From the NCBI GenBank assembly GCA_965644495.1, contig CBFFSA010000027.1, positions 1 through 64,000 on the forward strand: DNA of 64,000 bases, read 5' to 3'. This document shows positions 20,204 to 30,927 of the stretch, piece by piece. Numbering within the stretch: the stretch's first letter is position 1; each line of letters opens with the position of its first letter. Both the position numbers and the translations under genes were made by a program. Origin of the DNA: Perkinsela sp. CCAP 1560/9 (Eukaryota > Protista > Euglenozoa: Kinetoplastea). A model generated the notes under the pieces. That model was not told the origin of the DNA, searched no databases, and saw only the letters and a list, made by a program, of their open reading frames with translations.

Positions 20204-23200
20204 CATAATGTTTGCCCTCCTGAATTTCAAATCGTAAACTTATAGAAATACAATCACTATTTTACACAAGTTTACATATTATAAAGGAACCTAATATTCT
20301 GATCTGCGTATTAGGAGGAAGAGGAGGATGGGAGTAGCTCGGCTAGCGCATCGTCTTTGGCTAGGAAAGAGCAAGCAACTAGGCGGAAGAAGCAAAGTGA
20401 AAGAAGAAGCAAAGTGAGAGAAGACTGGGGGAGGGAGAGTATTCGAACACACTTAGTGACCTTCTAGAAGCGAAGTCCACCTATCCAGTTATCCTTCGGA
20501 ATGTACTCACGTAGTTGAGATACCACCGTGTATGCGGACATCTTTTCAATCTCAAGTTGAAATCCCTGTCGTACATTGTCGTAGTTCATTTTTGCGCGCT
20601 GCGCTATTGCCTTTAAAAGTGCCTTGGTGTCATTGTGTAGAAGGCCACAGTCTGAGGTGGCCAGACAACGGAAGTATTCACTATCGACACCCTTTTCGGA
20701 GACATATTTCTTGATTTTTCGATCGATCGCTTGTTGTATGAGTGCTGAACTGGTCTGTTTCGCGTAACTGTTGCAACAGGTGTGCACCACCGTGAAGTCA
20801 TAGAGCACTTCCCCCATGTGTGGCCACATGATGGCGAGATCAGGTCCCGAGCGGATACGGCGTGCTTTACATGGATGCTGTTCGGCTACGTCGGCGGCGA
20901 TGGAGCATTTACATTTGGTGCAGTAATATGAGGAGTGAATGCGCGGTTCAGTGACGTTCGGAAGACCTGCTTTGGAACATAACTCTGATAGGTAGCGGAC
21001 GATGTGGGAATGTTTGCGTGTGCAGTTCATACCAGAGCAACGAGAGCAGCCTGCAACATGTGGAATGATGCTGGATGGGGATTCTTGGGTGCAGCATCCA
21101 GGGCATGTGACTTTGGCAGGAGCTTGGGGTAAACTGATTCCTAACCGCATCATGAGTGTGTATCGAAATAAATAAGGATTGATATAATTGCTCGTGCTTT
21201 CGAGATGCAAGTTGTTCTCCATAGTGCGTTTCATTACAAGCTCCAATTGCGAATTCTTCCGTAGCTCGTAAGCCTTCTTTTCGTGTTCTTCTTTCATCTT
21301 CTTTTTCAGCAGCTTCTGGGCGACTTCACTACGACTTTGTCCGTTGGCGTGTACTTTATCTCCACCTTTTATACCTACTGGAGCGTTATTGGGTTTTGGG
21401 TGCTCAACAATAGATTTCCGGGCAGTTTCAAAGTAGTATTTCTGCTTCAAAGTCGAGGAGATCAATCCTAGGCCGCCTAGTTTCTGAGGAAGTACCGCTA
21501 GTTGCAAGGCTTGTGTGTCAGCTCCGCACCATTTCTTAAGAACTTGTTGAACGTGGTCTTCGAAGGCTTCGGCTAGCCGCGTGGTTGCTTCCGGACGATG
21601 AACTCGCAGATGATAATCTTGTCGCGGAATTGTGCATCGACGTAGAATTGCGAGGGACAGATTGCTTGGACCCATTAGCAGGAGTCGACGGAAGAGGCAT
21701 TTGTGTTTTTCCATCTTCCGTAGAAGAAGATCTTTTATCACCTCATTTGCTCCTATGTACGCTCCCAATATTTTAAGCGCATCATTCCGGGAGTTAACAC
21801 CTAAGCGGTTCAGGGACAATAGTTCGTCATCAAATGTAGTATTCTTTTGGAACCATTCACATTTCTGAAACTTGACATGCAGGTTAAGATCACTGGTAAG
21901 TTCGCGCAAGTGCAAGAACGCTGCCCCAAGTGACAACACGTTTTTCGAGCTTAGGGTCACGTCATCCTGGTATGCTCTGATCGTTACGTCGGGATATAGG
22001 CTGGCTACTTCTCGTATTGGGCTTTGTAGAAGGGCACAGAAGTACATGGAGGATAGAGCTGAACCTTGGCGGATTCCGGAAGAACTTTCCAAGACGGCGT
22101 AGAGGGCATTATGCGCGAAGAAGAGGAGCTCCGAAGGTAGCCCATACTCAAAGTAGAACAGGCGCAGGAAAGGTTTGAATATGGGATTGCTTACCAGTAT
22201 TTGTGCAATGGCATCGCGTCGCGGGGTATTATACGCATTGCTGAAATCTACCGTAAGCAACGCATGTCCGTCCTCGTATTCTTGAAGCAATTCGTGGACG
22301 ATGGATTCGCAGGCATTTTTGTGTAGGACTCCTCGTTGAATTGGCGCAAAGAATGTCTTCAAGGTGGTTTCATGTCGCTGCAGTAGAATAGATCCACAGA
22401 TTTTCAAAATAGTGTCTCCCATGGCAACTGGACATATCCCGTTCTGCGGCTTTGGTAGGGCGATGATTCTGCAGCGAGTAAGGCGCTTCCGGACGCTTAG
22501 TGGAACTTCTCCGTTGATTACATCTCGAACCATGTGGCACAGTGAAAGGCATGATACATCATCGTCTACAAGCAACCGCATCATACTCTCACTTAGCCCG
22601 CTTGGTCCGGGGGAAGCTCCACGAGCCAATTTCTCAACTGCCAGACGAAGTTCCGAACTTTCAACAACTCCGATGCGTGGGAAGTCAGCTTCCGGTATTT
22701 GGATAGGGGGTCCATCAGGATGCAATTCTCGTAGTTTCTGAAATTTTTCTTCGGCCGAAAGAGTGGAGTCCTTGTAAACGTTATCTAGAATTCGAGTGGC
22801 TTTCCCCAGATTCCCTGCTTTGGCTGTTCGCAACGCGTTTCGGATCGCGCGCCTGTCGATTTCTAGTTCGGCTCGTTGTTCTGCACTTAGATTTATGCCA
22901 TCTGATAGCTCGTTACGTTCCTTTCGCACGTGTCCCACTCTTTGGGTTCTTCTAATTGCATCCCGCACTGTAGCAAGTGAGTCTCGCGGCGCATTCATAA
23001 ATTTGTGCCAGATCGCTGCTTTCTCAGAATCAAGTTCAACAGTGGCATAGCCTCGGATAATCGCACGGAAGATTGCTACCACATGCACCGCGAAGGATGG
23101 CTCGATGTTGGGAAGGTCCGGGAGGGGGTCGAGATCGCAGCCACTGTCGTCAGACGAGACATTTTCTGATTCGAAATCCACACCGAGGGGCCGCACAGGA

Positions 23201-24408
23201 CATAAAAGAAAATAACTATAAAGATGAAATAATAATTTGCACCCGCCAAACCCGGCGGCTATAGGATGGGGGTTTGGTGGGTGGGACAAAAAACGCGTAA
23301 AGGAAAAAGATTCTACAAGTAAGTAATCAGTAAATATGTAAATTTTCAGAATACATATTGTAGCTTTTATACATGATTCAATTACAACCCCCTTTCGGGG
23401 AAAAGAAACAATGAAAATTATAACCCCCTTCCGGGGCATTTGACCCGATATTAGCCCCTCGGTTAAATTTCCATGCGTAGACTTCTACTCCTCCAGGTTC
23501 TGGATCGCCGTCTCCACTTGAAGAAGTTTCGTCGCCCGAAGACTGTAGATTTTAATTTTGTCCGACTGTGGAAGGTATAAGACGCCGGCGTTGGAAGGCC
23601 CCGCGTGGACACCCGTTCGAGAAAGGGAGGGAAGGGAGTTCTCTCCAGGAAAAAGTTCATGAGGTATATAAAATAGGTTTGATACTTACTTCGCGAAGTT
23701 GATATTACAGTACTGGTGAAGATAATGTCTTTTACTCTGTTGTCCATGATGGATGTTATATTTCGGTAGCTCTGTAGTTCTACAGATTAAACATTACAGT
23801 TTACATACGCTTACTATATCTGATTGACTATATGTTTTTCTTCCGGAAGTGCAATTCAGTGCCTTTCCCCCATTTCGCCACAGTGTTGTGAACTTGATCT
23901 GCTGCTTTTGTGCTGTTGTTTCGCATCGCCATTTCTCCCTGATCAGCGTCGGAATCACTGTCTAGCGTCATTTGAACACGCTCACTTTCGATGTCACTCT
24001 CTTGCCCGTTTTCAGCTGTTGGAAACGCAAATTGTGTATTGATTTCGCGTGCGTTTCCAGAGTTTTCTTGGTTCGAGACTATTTTGAATTTTTGCGGAGT
24101 AATTTTGATGATGTTCTTTACCGGGGTGATGGTGGGTGTTCCGTGATCGACCCAGTTCTTCGATAAAGGTTCGGCTCCAATGACTCGGATGCGTGGTGTT
24201 TTCTTCGGCTTTTCCGTGGTAGAATTCTTAATTACTGCATCGCTTTTTACGATCTTTTCTTTGCTGTTCGTGTCTTGCGTCCGTATTTTTACAGTTACAC
24301 GACCAGATTTCACATTCATGCTCTTCGGTGTGTTGGCGGATCCCCGAGCAGGGCGCGTCATAGTGATTAAATCGATATAAAAAAAAATCAACCAACAAGG
24401 TACAGAAA
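20204..24408 (-). mobile_element. Non-LTR retrotransposon family B1, SL remnant at 5' end, disrupted at ~23190-23860
   Basis: RT-RLE ORF plus an N-terminal piece (23828-24361, KPKKTPRIRVI..WGKGT) homologous to B2; SL remnant 24393-24408. Confidence 0.85.
20464..23190 (-). CDS. RT + Zn-knuckle + restriction-like endonuclease (B1), native N-terminus detached
   Basis: VDFSNAYN, GIRQGSALS, YQDD, CPGC..H..GC..C, GPDL..YDFTVVH..K; the first ~85 aa of the 991-aa call are non-homologous read-in. Confidence 0.88.
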   Translation of the reverse strand, partial: PLGVDFESENVSSDDSGCDLDPLPDLPNIEPSFAVHVVAIFRAIIRGYATVELDSEKAAIWHKFMNAPRDSLATVRDAIRRTQRVGHVRKERNELSDGINLSAEQRAELEIDRRAIRNALRTAKAGNLGKATRILDNVYKDSTLSAEEKFQKLRELHPDGPPIQIPEADFPRIGVVESSELRLAVEKLARGASPGPSGLSESMMRLLVDDDVSCLSLCHMVRDVINGEVPLSVRKRLTRCRIIALPKPQNGICPVAMGDTILKICGSILLQRHETTLKTFFAPIQRGVLHKNACESIVHELLQEYEDGHALLTVDFSNAYNTPRRDAIAQILVSNPIFKPFLRLFYFEYGLPSELLFFAHNALYAVLESSSGIRQGSALSSMYFCALLQSPIREVASLYPDVTIRAYQDDVTLSSKNVLSLGAAFLHLRELTSDLNLHVKFQKCEWFQKNTTFDDELLSLNRLGVNSRNDALKILGAYIGANEVIKDLLLRKMEKHKCLFRRLLLMGPSNLSLAILRRCTIPRQDYHLRVHRPEATTRLAEAFEDHVQQVLKKWCGADTQALQLAVLPQKLGGLGLISSTLKQKYYFETARKSIVEHPKPNNAPVGIKGGDKVHANGQSRSEVAQKLLKKKMKEEHEKKAYELRKNSQLELVMKRTMENNLHLESTSNYINPYLFRYTLMMRLGISLPQAPAKVTCPGCCTQESPSSIIPHVAGCSRCSGMNCTRKHSHIVRYLSELCSKAGLPNVTEPRIHSSYYCTKCKCSIAADVAEQHPCKARRIRSGPDLAIMWPHMGEVLYDFTVVHTCCNSYAKQTSSALIQQAIDRKIKKYVSEKGVDSEYFRCLATSDCGLLHNDTKALLKAIAQRAKMNYDNVRQGFQLEIEKMSAYTVVSQLREYIPKDNWIGGLRF

Positions 24409-24409
24409 G

Positions 24410-25923
24410 TTTGTTAAGACCCTTTCTTTTGTTAAGACCCTTTCTTTTGTTAAGACCCTTTCTTTTGTTAAGACCCTTTCTTTTGTTAAGACCCTTTCTT
24501 TTGTTAAGACCCTGTCTTTTGTTAAGACCCTTTCTTTTGTTAACACCCTTTCTTTTGTTAACACCCTTTCTTTTGTTAACACCCTTTCTTTTGTTAAGAC
24601 CCTTTCTTTTGTTAAGACCCTTTCTTTTGTTAAGACCCTTTCTTTTGTTAAGACCCTTTCTTTTGTTAAGACCCTTTCTTTTGTTAAGACCCTTTCTTTT
24701 GTTAACACCCTTTCTTTTGTTAACACCCTTTCTTTTGTTAAGACCCTTTCTTTTGTTAAGACCCTTTCTTTTGTTAAGACCCTTTCTTTTGTTAAGACCT
24801 TTTCTTTTGTTAAGACCCTTTCTTTTGTTAAGACCCTTTCTTTTGTTAAGACCCTTTCTTTTGTTAAGACCCTTTCTTTTGTTAAGACCCTTTCTTTTGT
24901 TAAGACCCTTTCTTTTGTTAAGACCCTTTCTTTTGTTAAGACCCTTTCTTTTGTTAAGACCCTTTCTTTTGTTAAGACCCTTTCTTTTGTTAACACCCTT
25001 TCTTTTGTTAACACCCTTTCTTTTGTTAAGACCCTTTCTTTTGTTAACACCCTTTCTTTTGTTAACACCCTTTCTTTTGTTAAGACCCTTTCTTTTGTTA
25101 AGCCCCTTTCTTTTGTTAAGCCCCTTTCTTTTGTTAAGCCCCTTTCTTTTGTTAAGCCCCTTTCTTTTGTTAAGCCCCTTTCTTTTGTTAAGCCCCTTTC
25201 TTTTGTTAAGCCCCTTTCTTTTGTTAAGCCCCTTTCTTTTGTTAAGCCCCTTTCTTTTGTTAAGCCCCTTTCCTTTGTTAAGCCCCTTTCTTTTGTTAAG
25301 CCCCTTTCTTTTGTTAAGACCCTTTCTTTTGTTAAGACCCTTTCTTTTGTTAAGACCCTTTCTTTTGTTAAGACCCTTTCTTTTGTTAAGACCCTTTCTT
25401 TTGTTAAGACCTTTTCTTTTGTTCAGACCCTTTCTTTTGTTAACACCCTTTCTTTTGTTAAGACCCTTTCTTTTGTTAAGACCTTTTCTTTTGTTAAGAC
25501 CCTTTCTTTTGTTAAGACCCTTTCTTTTGTTAAGACCCTTTCTTTTGTTATGACCCTTTCTTTTGTTATGACCCTTTCTTTTGTTAAGACCCTTTCTTTT
25601 GTTAAGACCCTTTCTTTTGTTAAGACCCTTTCTTTTGTTAAGACCCTTTCTTTTGTTAAGACCCTTTCTTTTGTTAAGACCCTTTCTTTTGTTAAGACCC
25701 TTTCTTTTGTTAAGACCCTTTCTTTTGTTAAGACCCTTTCTTTTGTTAAGACCCTTTCTTTTGTTATGACCCTTTCTTTTGTTAAGACCCTTTCTTTTGT
25801 TAAGACCCTTTCTTTTGTTAAGACCCTTTCTTTTGTTAAGACCCTTTCTTTTGTTAAGACCCTTTCTTTTGTTAAGACCCTTTCTTTTGTTAAGACCCTT
25901 TCTTTTGTTAAGACCCTTTCTTT
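24410..25923. repeat. Type 1 18-bp repeat, ~84 units, with blocks of variant units (TTAACACCC, TTAAGCCCC, TTATGACCC)
   Basis: Direct inspection. Confidence 0.97.
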
Positions 25924-26335
25924 ACCCTTTCTGTACCTTGTTGTTTTCTTACTCTTACAATTATGTCCACCGCCCACGGCAACACTCTCCCAGGGGTGAA
26001 CTTTTCACACGCTGATCGGAAGAATAGCTTACAATCCAATCCCAAGAAGATTCCGCGAATCAGAATAGTGACGAGTGAGAAGGAACTTTCGAAATCATGG
26101 GCAGACCATGGAGCGTACGACTTTCCACCTCGAGAACGAATCAAGGCCAGAGCACGCGATGATGCCGAAATATATTTGTCTCCAATAGATTGTCCGTCGA
26201 ATGTAAGCTCAGATGCCGATTCACGAGACAGCCTTGACAGCGATACCTCAGATACGATGTCCACGGACGGTGACCAGCTAGCAACTGTGTCTTGTTCTAG
26301 ATCAGCTCCGACTTTGTCGTTAAATGAAAAAAAGG

Positions 26336-28031
26336 AACAAAAACAAAGGTCTTAACAAAAGCCCGTGGAGCGCATATATTATATACGCGCCGATTACTAT
26401 CAAATGTTCACATTCTAATAAACTAATATCCCTTTCTTTTCTTAAGAAGTATTTGAGATGACAAGCTTAAAAACTTGTCCCAGTGTATTGGTCGTGAGCT
26501 AGAAACTGGCGGAGTTGAGCGTGGAGGATAGTTCCTGCCTGTTCCTGGTGGAGTAGCGTAAATGTTTCCATTACGCTGTGTCTCTCTAGCCCGCAACGGT
26601 CCGCAATAGCCCACAGGAGATTCCGAGTGGCGTTGTGCATGGAACCGCAGGACAGAACAGGGATACATTCAAAGCATTCCTTGTTTATCATGCCACTGTC
26701 AACATAGCGTACACGCTTGCGCTTTATCGCTTCGTTCATGAGGAATGTCGTATTGTGTTTGATATTCGAGGGAGCCAGTTCGTGAACTACTGTGAGGTCG
26801 TAGTATTTCTCTCCTGAAGCCCATTGAATTGCAAGGTCGGGGCCCGTGCGACGCAGAGTACTTCCAACACATGTCCTGGTATGTTCCGTTTTGTTTTCAG
26901 GGTGGATCGTGGCTGCGCACGCAGAGCACTCATAGTAACTGAACTGACGAGGTTCACGTTCACACGGCAATCCAGCTCGGAGGCATAGCTCGTAAAGGTA
27001 GCGAACAAGGGCATGATGCTTCGTAGTTACATTGTGTCCTGCACATTTGACGCATCCAGGTATGTGGGTTAGCGCTTCCGAGGAGCTTAGGAGCTTTTTG
27101 CATCCCGGGCATAGCAACGAGTTTGGCAGTTGTGGGTGGCTTATTTTTAGTCGTGACATGATGTTTAGCGTGTAGATGTGCGAAGGAATGATTTTGCGAT
27201 TCCCGATAAGCCATTCATAGCTCCCTTTCTTGCTGCAAGCTTTAATCGTCGGAGCCCACTCCTTGTTTTTGAGAAGATTTGTCTGGATTTCTGTGGCTCT
27301 TTTGGTCTCCGTCACCACCTCGTCCTCAGGTGTCTTATGTGATTCCTCCAACGTCCCTGCAGGTGCTGGCGGTTCCATGCGTTGTGCCATCCGAGCTGAA
27401 AAGGTTTTTTGATGCTCAAAAACGGCATGTCGCGATGAAGTGTACGCAGCGTTCCGCAAGGGTTCTGTTTCTGGAATACCCAATCCACCTTTCTTTAAAG
27501 GTAGTCTTGCTATCATTTCTTGCTCTGGACTCAGAGGTCCCAACCACGATGTGACGACATTCTTGATCTCGTGGTCAAATTTTTGCGCTAGCTCAAGTGA
27601 GGCCTCTGGTTTATGTACCCGTACGTGATAACGGTGCCGAACGTTTACGCTGCGCGATAGCAAAAGCAGGGACGCGTTGTTGGCACCCATCTTTTTAAGA
27701 CGTCTGAATATCGTATGGTGTTTTTCCAGCGTTCGGATTAATTCGGATCCTATGCGCTGTTCCTCCCCAACGAATGCACCCAGTACTTTAATGACTTCGC
27801 TCTCTGTACGCACACCTTCTTCTTTGAGGGTTGATGGAATGGGGGCGTCGCTTTTCCCTTCAAACCAGATGCATTTTTCGTTATTGAGTTGAATTCCTTC
27901 AGTGAGAAGCAGGGTTTGTAACCGGTGGTATGCCGCCTCGACCTCTTTTCCACTAGGAGAAGTGAGGCTGACGTCGTCGACGTAAGCTAGAACTTTGACG
28001 TTTGGAAATTCCTGCGCTATGGTCTCCAACA
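26336..28031 (-). mobile_element. Family F copy 1, 5'-truncated, inserted in B3
   Basis: RT C-terminal half + RLE; insert flanked by CTAGCAAC duplication (26278-26285, 28042-28049). Confidence 0.88.
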
Positions 28032-28032
28032 T
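26467..28032 (-). CDS. Partial RT (YVDD) + Zn-knuckle + RLE (family F)
   Basis: YVDD, LPLKKGGLG, CPGC..HIPGC..C, GPDL..YDLTVVH. Confidence 0.85.
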   Translation of the reverse strand: MLETIAQEFPNVKVLAYVDDVSLTSPSGKEVEAAYHRLQTLLLTEGIQLNNEKCIWFEGKSDAPIPSTLKEEGVRTESEVIKVLGAFVGEEQRIGSELIRTLEKHHTIFRRLKKMGANNASLLLLSRSVNVRHRYHVRVHKPEASLELAQKFDHEIKNVVTSWLGPLSPEQEMIARLPLKKGGLGIPETEPLRNAAYTSSRHAVFEHQKTFSARMAQRMEPPAPAGTLEESHKTPEDEVVTETKRATEIQTNLLKNKEWAPTIKACSKKGSYEWLIGNRKIIPSHIYTLNIMSRLKISHPQLPNSLLCPGCKKLLSSSEALTHIPGCVKCAGHNVTTKHHALVRYLYELCLRAGLPCEREPRQFSYYECSACAATIHPENKTEHTRTCVGSTLRRTGPDLAIQWASGEKYYDLTVVHELAPSNIKHNTTFLMNEAIKRKRVRYVDSGMINKECFECIPVLSCGSMHNATRNLLWAIADRCGLERHSVMETFTLLHQEQAGTILHAQLRQFLAHDQYTGTSF

Positions 28033-28888
28033 GGGGAAGGTCTAGCAACGAGCGGAAGGTTTCCCAAGGCGCCGGATCGCGTTCTCGACATCATAAAGGA
28101 CTGGGGAAAGGGTAGCACGTGCGAAATACGATGGGGATTCAATGAGAAAGAGACATATACCAGTGAAGGTGCGGTGTCCAAGAGAACGGTGCGTCGAGGT
28201 TTAGTGAAGCTCACGATTGCATACAAGCCTAAAGAGGGTAGCGAAGGACCCGCTGGTCTTCTTCACCTTCCGCAATCCGCGAAGATCAAAATTTGGTCGA
28301 TTAACGAAGTGAAGATTAACAAATCAAGACTCCCTCCGTTGAATCCGTAGAAGAGAAGAACTCAGACCTGAATGAAAGCTTTGAGACAGCGGACGACGGT
28401 TGCGACCTAGATCCCCTCCCCAGATTTTCGCAAATTGATTCTTCGTTCTCAGTACATGTTGTTGCAATTTTTCGCTCGATTATTGGTGCTTATCCGAAAG
28501 CCAAGACAGAATCAGAGAAATCCGCTATCTGGCACAAACTTTTAAATGCTCCCAGGGATTCTTTAGCAACTTGGAGGCATTTCTCCTGTGAAATCCTATG
28601 ACAGGAAGCCACGGGCGAAACATCACCTTCCCCCCTTCTCTCGTGAGAGAAACTACCTCCAAAAATAACTAGAACAGAACTTACAAGTAAATGAATAAAT
28701 AAATAGATAAATAGATACTTTCGTGTGAGAAAGATGATTCCGTTTTTTTTTTTGCAATTTTTTTTTTATTCTGTAATACGATCTATAACTTTTCTCTCTC
28801 CGTATCCCCCTAACGGGGATTCTGACTTTCTTCACTCACTTTTCAAATCGCGAGGAATTGGGTGGCCCGAATGTCGCTGCTGGTTGTC

Positions 28889-29375
28889 ATCCGTTGAAGT
28901 CGTGGCGCAGAAAACCTCACGAGCGAATTCACAAATGGTCCGAGCAGAAAGAAATTTTAGAGGCTCAAGAACTATCTGCAAATCCACTGCCGAGAGATGC
29001 GGTCCGGTACATCGAGAATACACCGATTTTCGTTTCCTGAGCAGAAAAGGATTTTTGGCGCTCGAAAGAAACACAAACATGATGTTAACCCAACGTCCCA
29101 TACGCAAACTCTGCGCAGCAGCTTTACGAATTGTACCTGTCGTCACGCACGTCGACTTGTCCCTCGGCACTTCGACATCCGTTGAAATCATAGCGCAAAG
29201 AACCCCGCAAAGAATGATTTGGCACATGGTCCGAGCAGAAAGAGATTTTAAAGGCTCAAGAACTATTTGCGACACATCCGTTGCCGAGATATGCGAACCT
29301 GCCCACCGAGAATACACCAACGCATTCTGTTTCCTGAGCAGAAAAGGACTTTTGGCGCTCGAAAGAAACATAAAC
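28889..29375 (-). repeat. ~290-bp degenerate duplication carrying four GAGC-N17-GCTC motifs; probable non-autonomous retrocopy (poly-T at 28743-28768)
   Basis: Motifs at 28942, 29039, 29233, 29336. Confidence 0.75.
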
Positions 29376-30049
29376 TTTTTTTTTTTTCGTACATGGAGAA
29401 AATCTTTGCCTCAACCGCCTCGACCGCCACCCGGTGTCCAACCGGAAGGCTTTTCTTGGTCGAGTGAGCTGGCCACCTTCCAGTGGCAAGATGAATGGGT
29501 GTTTCCACCCACGCACCTCAGGGGAGACACCCCATTACAGGGTAGTGCGAGACTTGCTTACCAGAGTTTTGTTGAATCTCGGATTGCGTCAGAGACTCTG
29601 GTAGCTCACTCGCTAAAAACTCCACTGCTCCGGATTGTTAGTCCAGGAGCGCTCCTAGCGTGGAGAAACGAAGGACCTAGCCTAGAAAAAAGGATCTAGT
29701 CCCTTCGCTTCTCCGGGAGATGGGGAGGGATAAAACCTCAGCTAGCACCAATGCCGTTCCACCTCCACCGAGGGGGTAGGGTTAGCGCGCTTGCTAACGA
29801 CATACATGCCTCGGCGACGGGATGCTACCCCGTCTATGCCCCGGAACGCGGTTAACGACGCCGCGAACAAGGGTTGAACAGGAATAGGAACGGACACATT
29901 CCCTCCTGCCAGCTCGGAAACCCTTACGTCGGAAGGCTGGGGTCGCCACGCCCCATCACCGGCAACGGTCCAATGCCGGGCTCCTGACCTCATCTTCCCC
30001 TTCTGACGCACCCAAAAGGATATGCCGTGGCAGTGGCGACCCAGTTAGG
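29376..30049 (-). ncRNA. Structured poly(A)+ non-coding RNA retrocopy; candidate repeat-template (telomerase-RNA-like) 3' domain
   Basis: T12 at 29376-29387, many hairpins, no credible ORF, runs directly into the type 2 repeat. Confidence 0.6.
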
Positions 30050-30926
30050 ATAAACAAAAAGGGGGTAATAAACAAAAAGGGGGTAATAAACAAAAAGGGG
30101 GTAATAAACAAAAAGGGGGTAATAAACAAAAAGGGGGTAATAAACAAAAAGGGGGTAATAAACAAAAAGGGGGTAATAAACAAAAAGGGGGTAATAAACA
30201 AAAAGGGGGTAATAAACAAAAAGGGGGTAATAAACAAAAAGGGGGTAATAAACAAAAAGGGGGTAATAAACAAAAAGGGGGTAATAAACAAAAAGGGGGT
30301 AATAAACAAAAAGGGGGTAATAAACAAAAAGGGGGTAATAAACAAAAAGGGGGTAATAAACAAAAAGGGGGTAATAAACAAAAAGGGGGTAATAAACAAA
30401 AAGGGGGTAATAAACAAAAAGGGGGTAATAAACAAAAAGGGGGTAATAAACAAAAAGGGGGTAATAAACAAAAACGGGGTAATAAACAAAAAGGGGGTAA
30501 TAAACAAAAAGGGGGTAATAAACAAAAAGGGGGTAATAAACAAAAAGGGGGTAATAAACAAAAAGGGGGTAATAAACAAAAAGGGGGTATAAACAAAAAG
30601 GGGGTAATAAACAAAAAGGGGGTAATAAACAAAAAGGGGGTAATAAACAAAAAGGGGGTAATAAACAAAAAGGGGGTAATAAACAAAAAGGGGGTAATAA
30701 ACAAAAAGGGGGTAATAAACAAAAAGGGGGTAATAAACAAAAAGGGGGTAATAAACAAAAAGGGGGTAATAAACAAAAAGGGGGTAATAAACAAAAAGGG
30801 GGTAATAAACAAAAAGGGGGTAATAAACAAAAAGGGGGTAATAAACAAAAAGGGGGTAATAAACAAAAAGGGGGTAATAAACAAAAAGGGGGTAATAAAC
30901 AAAAAGGGGGTAATAAACAAAAAGGG
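30050..30926. repeat. 18-bp tandem repeat type 2 (TAATAAACAAAAAGGGGG)n, ~49 units
   Basis: Direct inspection. Confidence 0.97.
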
Positions 30927-30927
30927 C

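Larger units (their letters stand above)
25928..28571 (+). pseudogene. Plus-strand 5' part of a B-like element (B3), split into 25928-26285 and 28042-28571
   Basis: SL remnant 25928-25943 and ATG 25963; joined halves read DGDQLATSGRFPKAPDRVLDIIKDWGKGSTCEIRWGF and later WHKLLNAPRDSLAT, homologous to B2; in-frame stop near 28348. Confidence 0.85.

Noticed and set aside
196-25923. CRISPR array
   Set aside because: Units are contiguous with no spacers; no cas genes; eukaryotic context
28725-29699. 324-aa plus-strand ORF
   Set aside because: Crosses poly-T junctions between separate segments and has no recognisable motif
29777-29785. CUAACCCUA, a canonical TTAGGG telomerase template, inside the structured RNA
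   Set aside because: Only 9 nt, partly sequestered in a GUUAGC/GCUAAC stem, and no TTAGGG arrays in the window; worth rechecking if chromosome ends are TTAGGG
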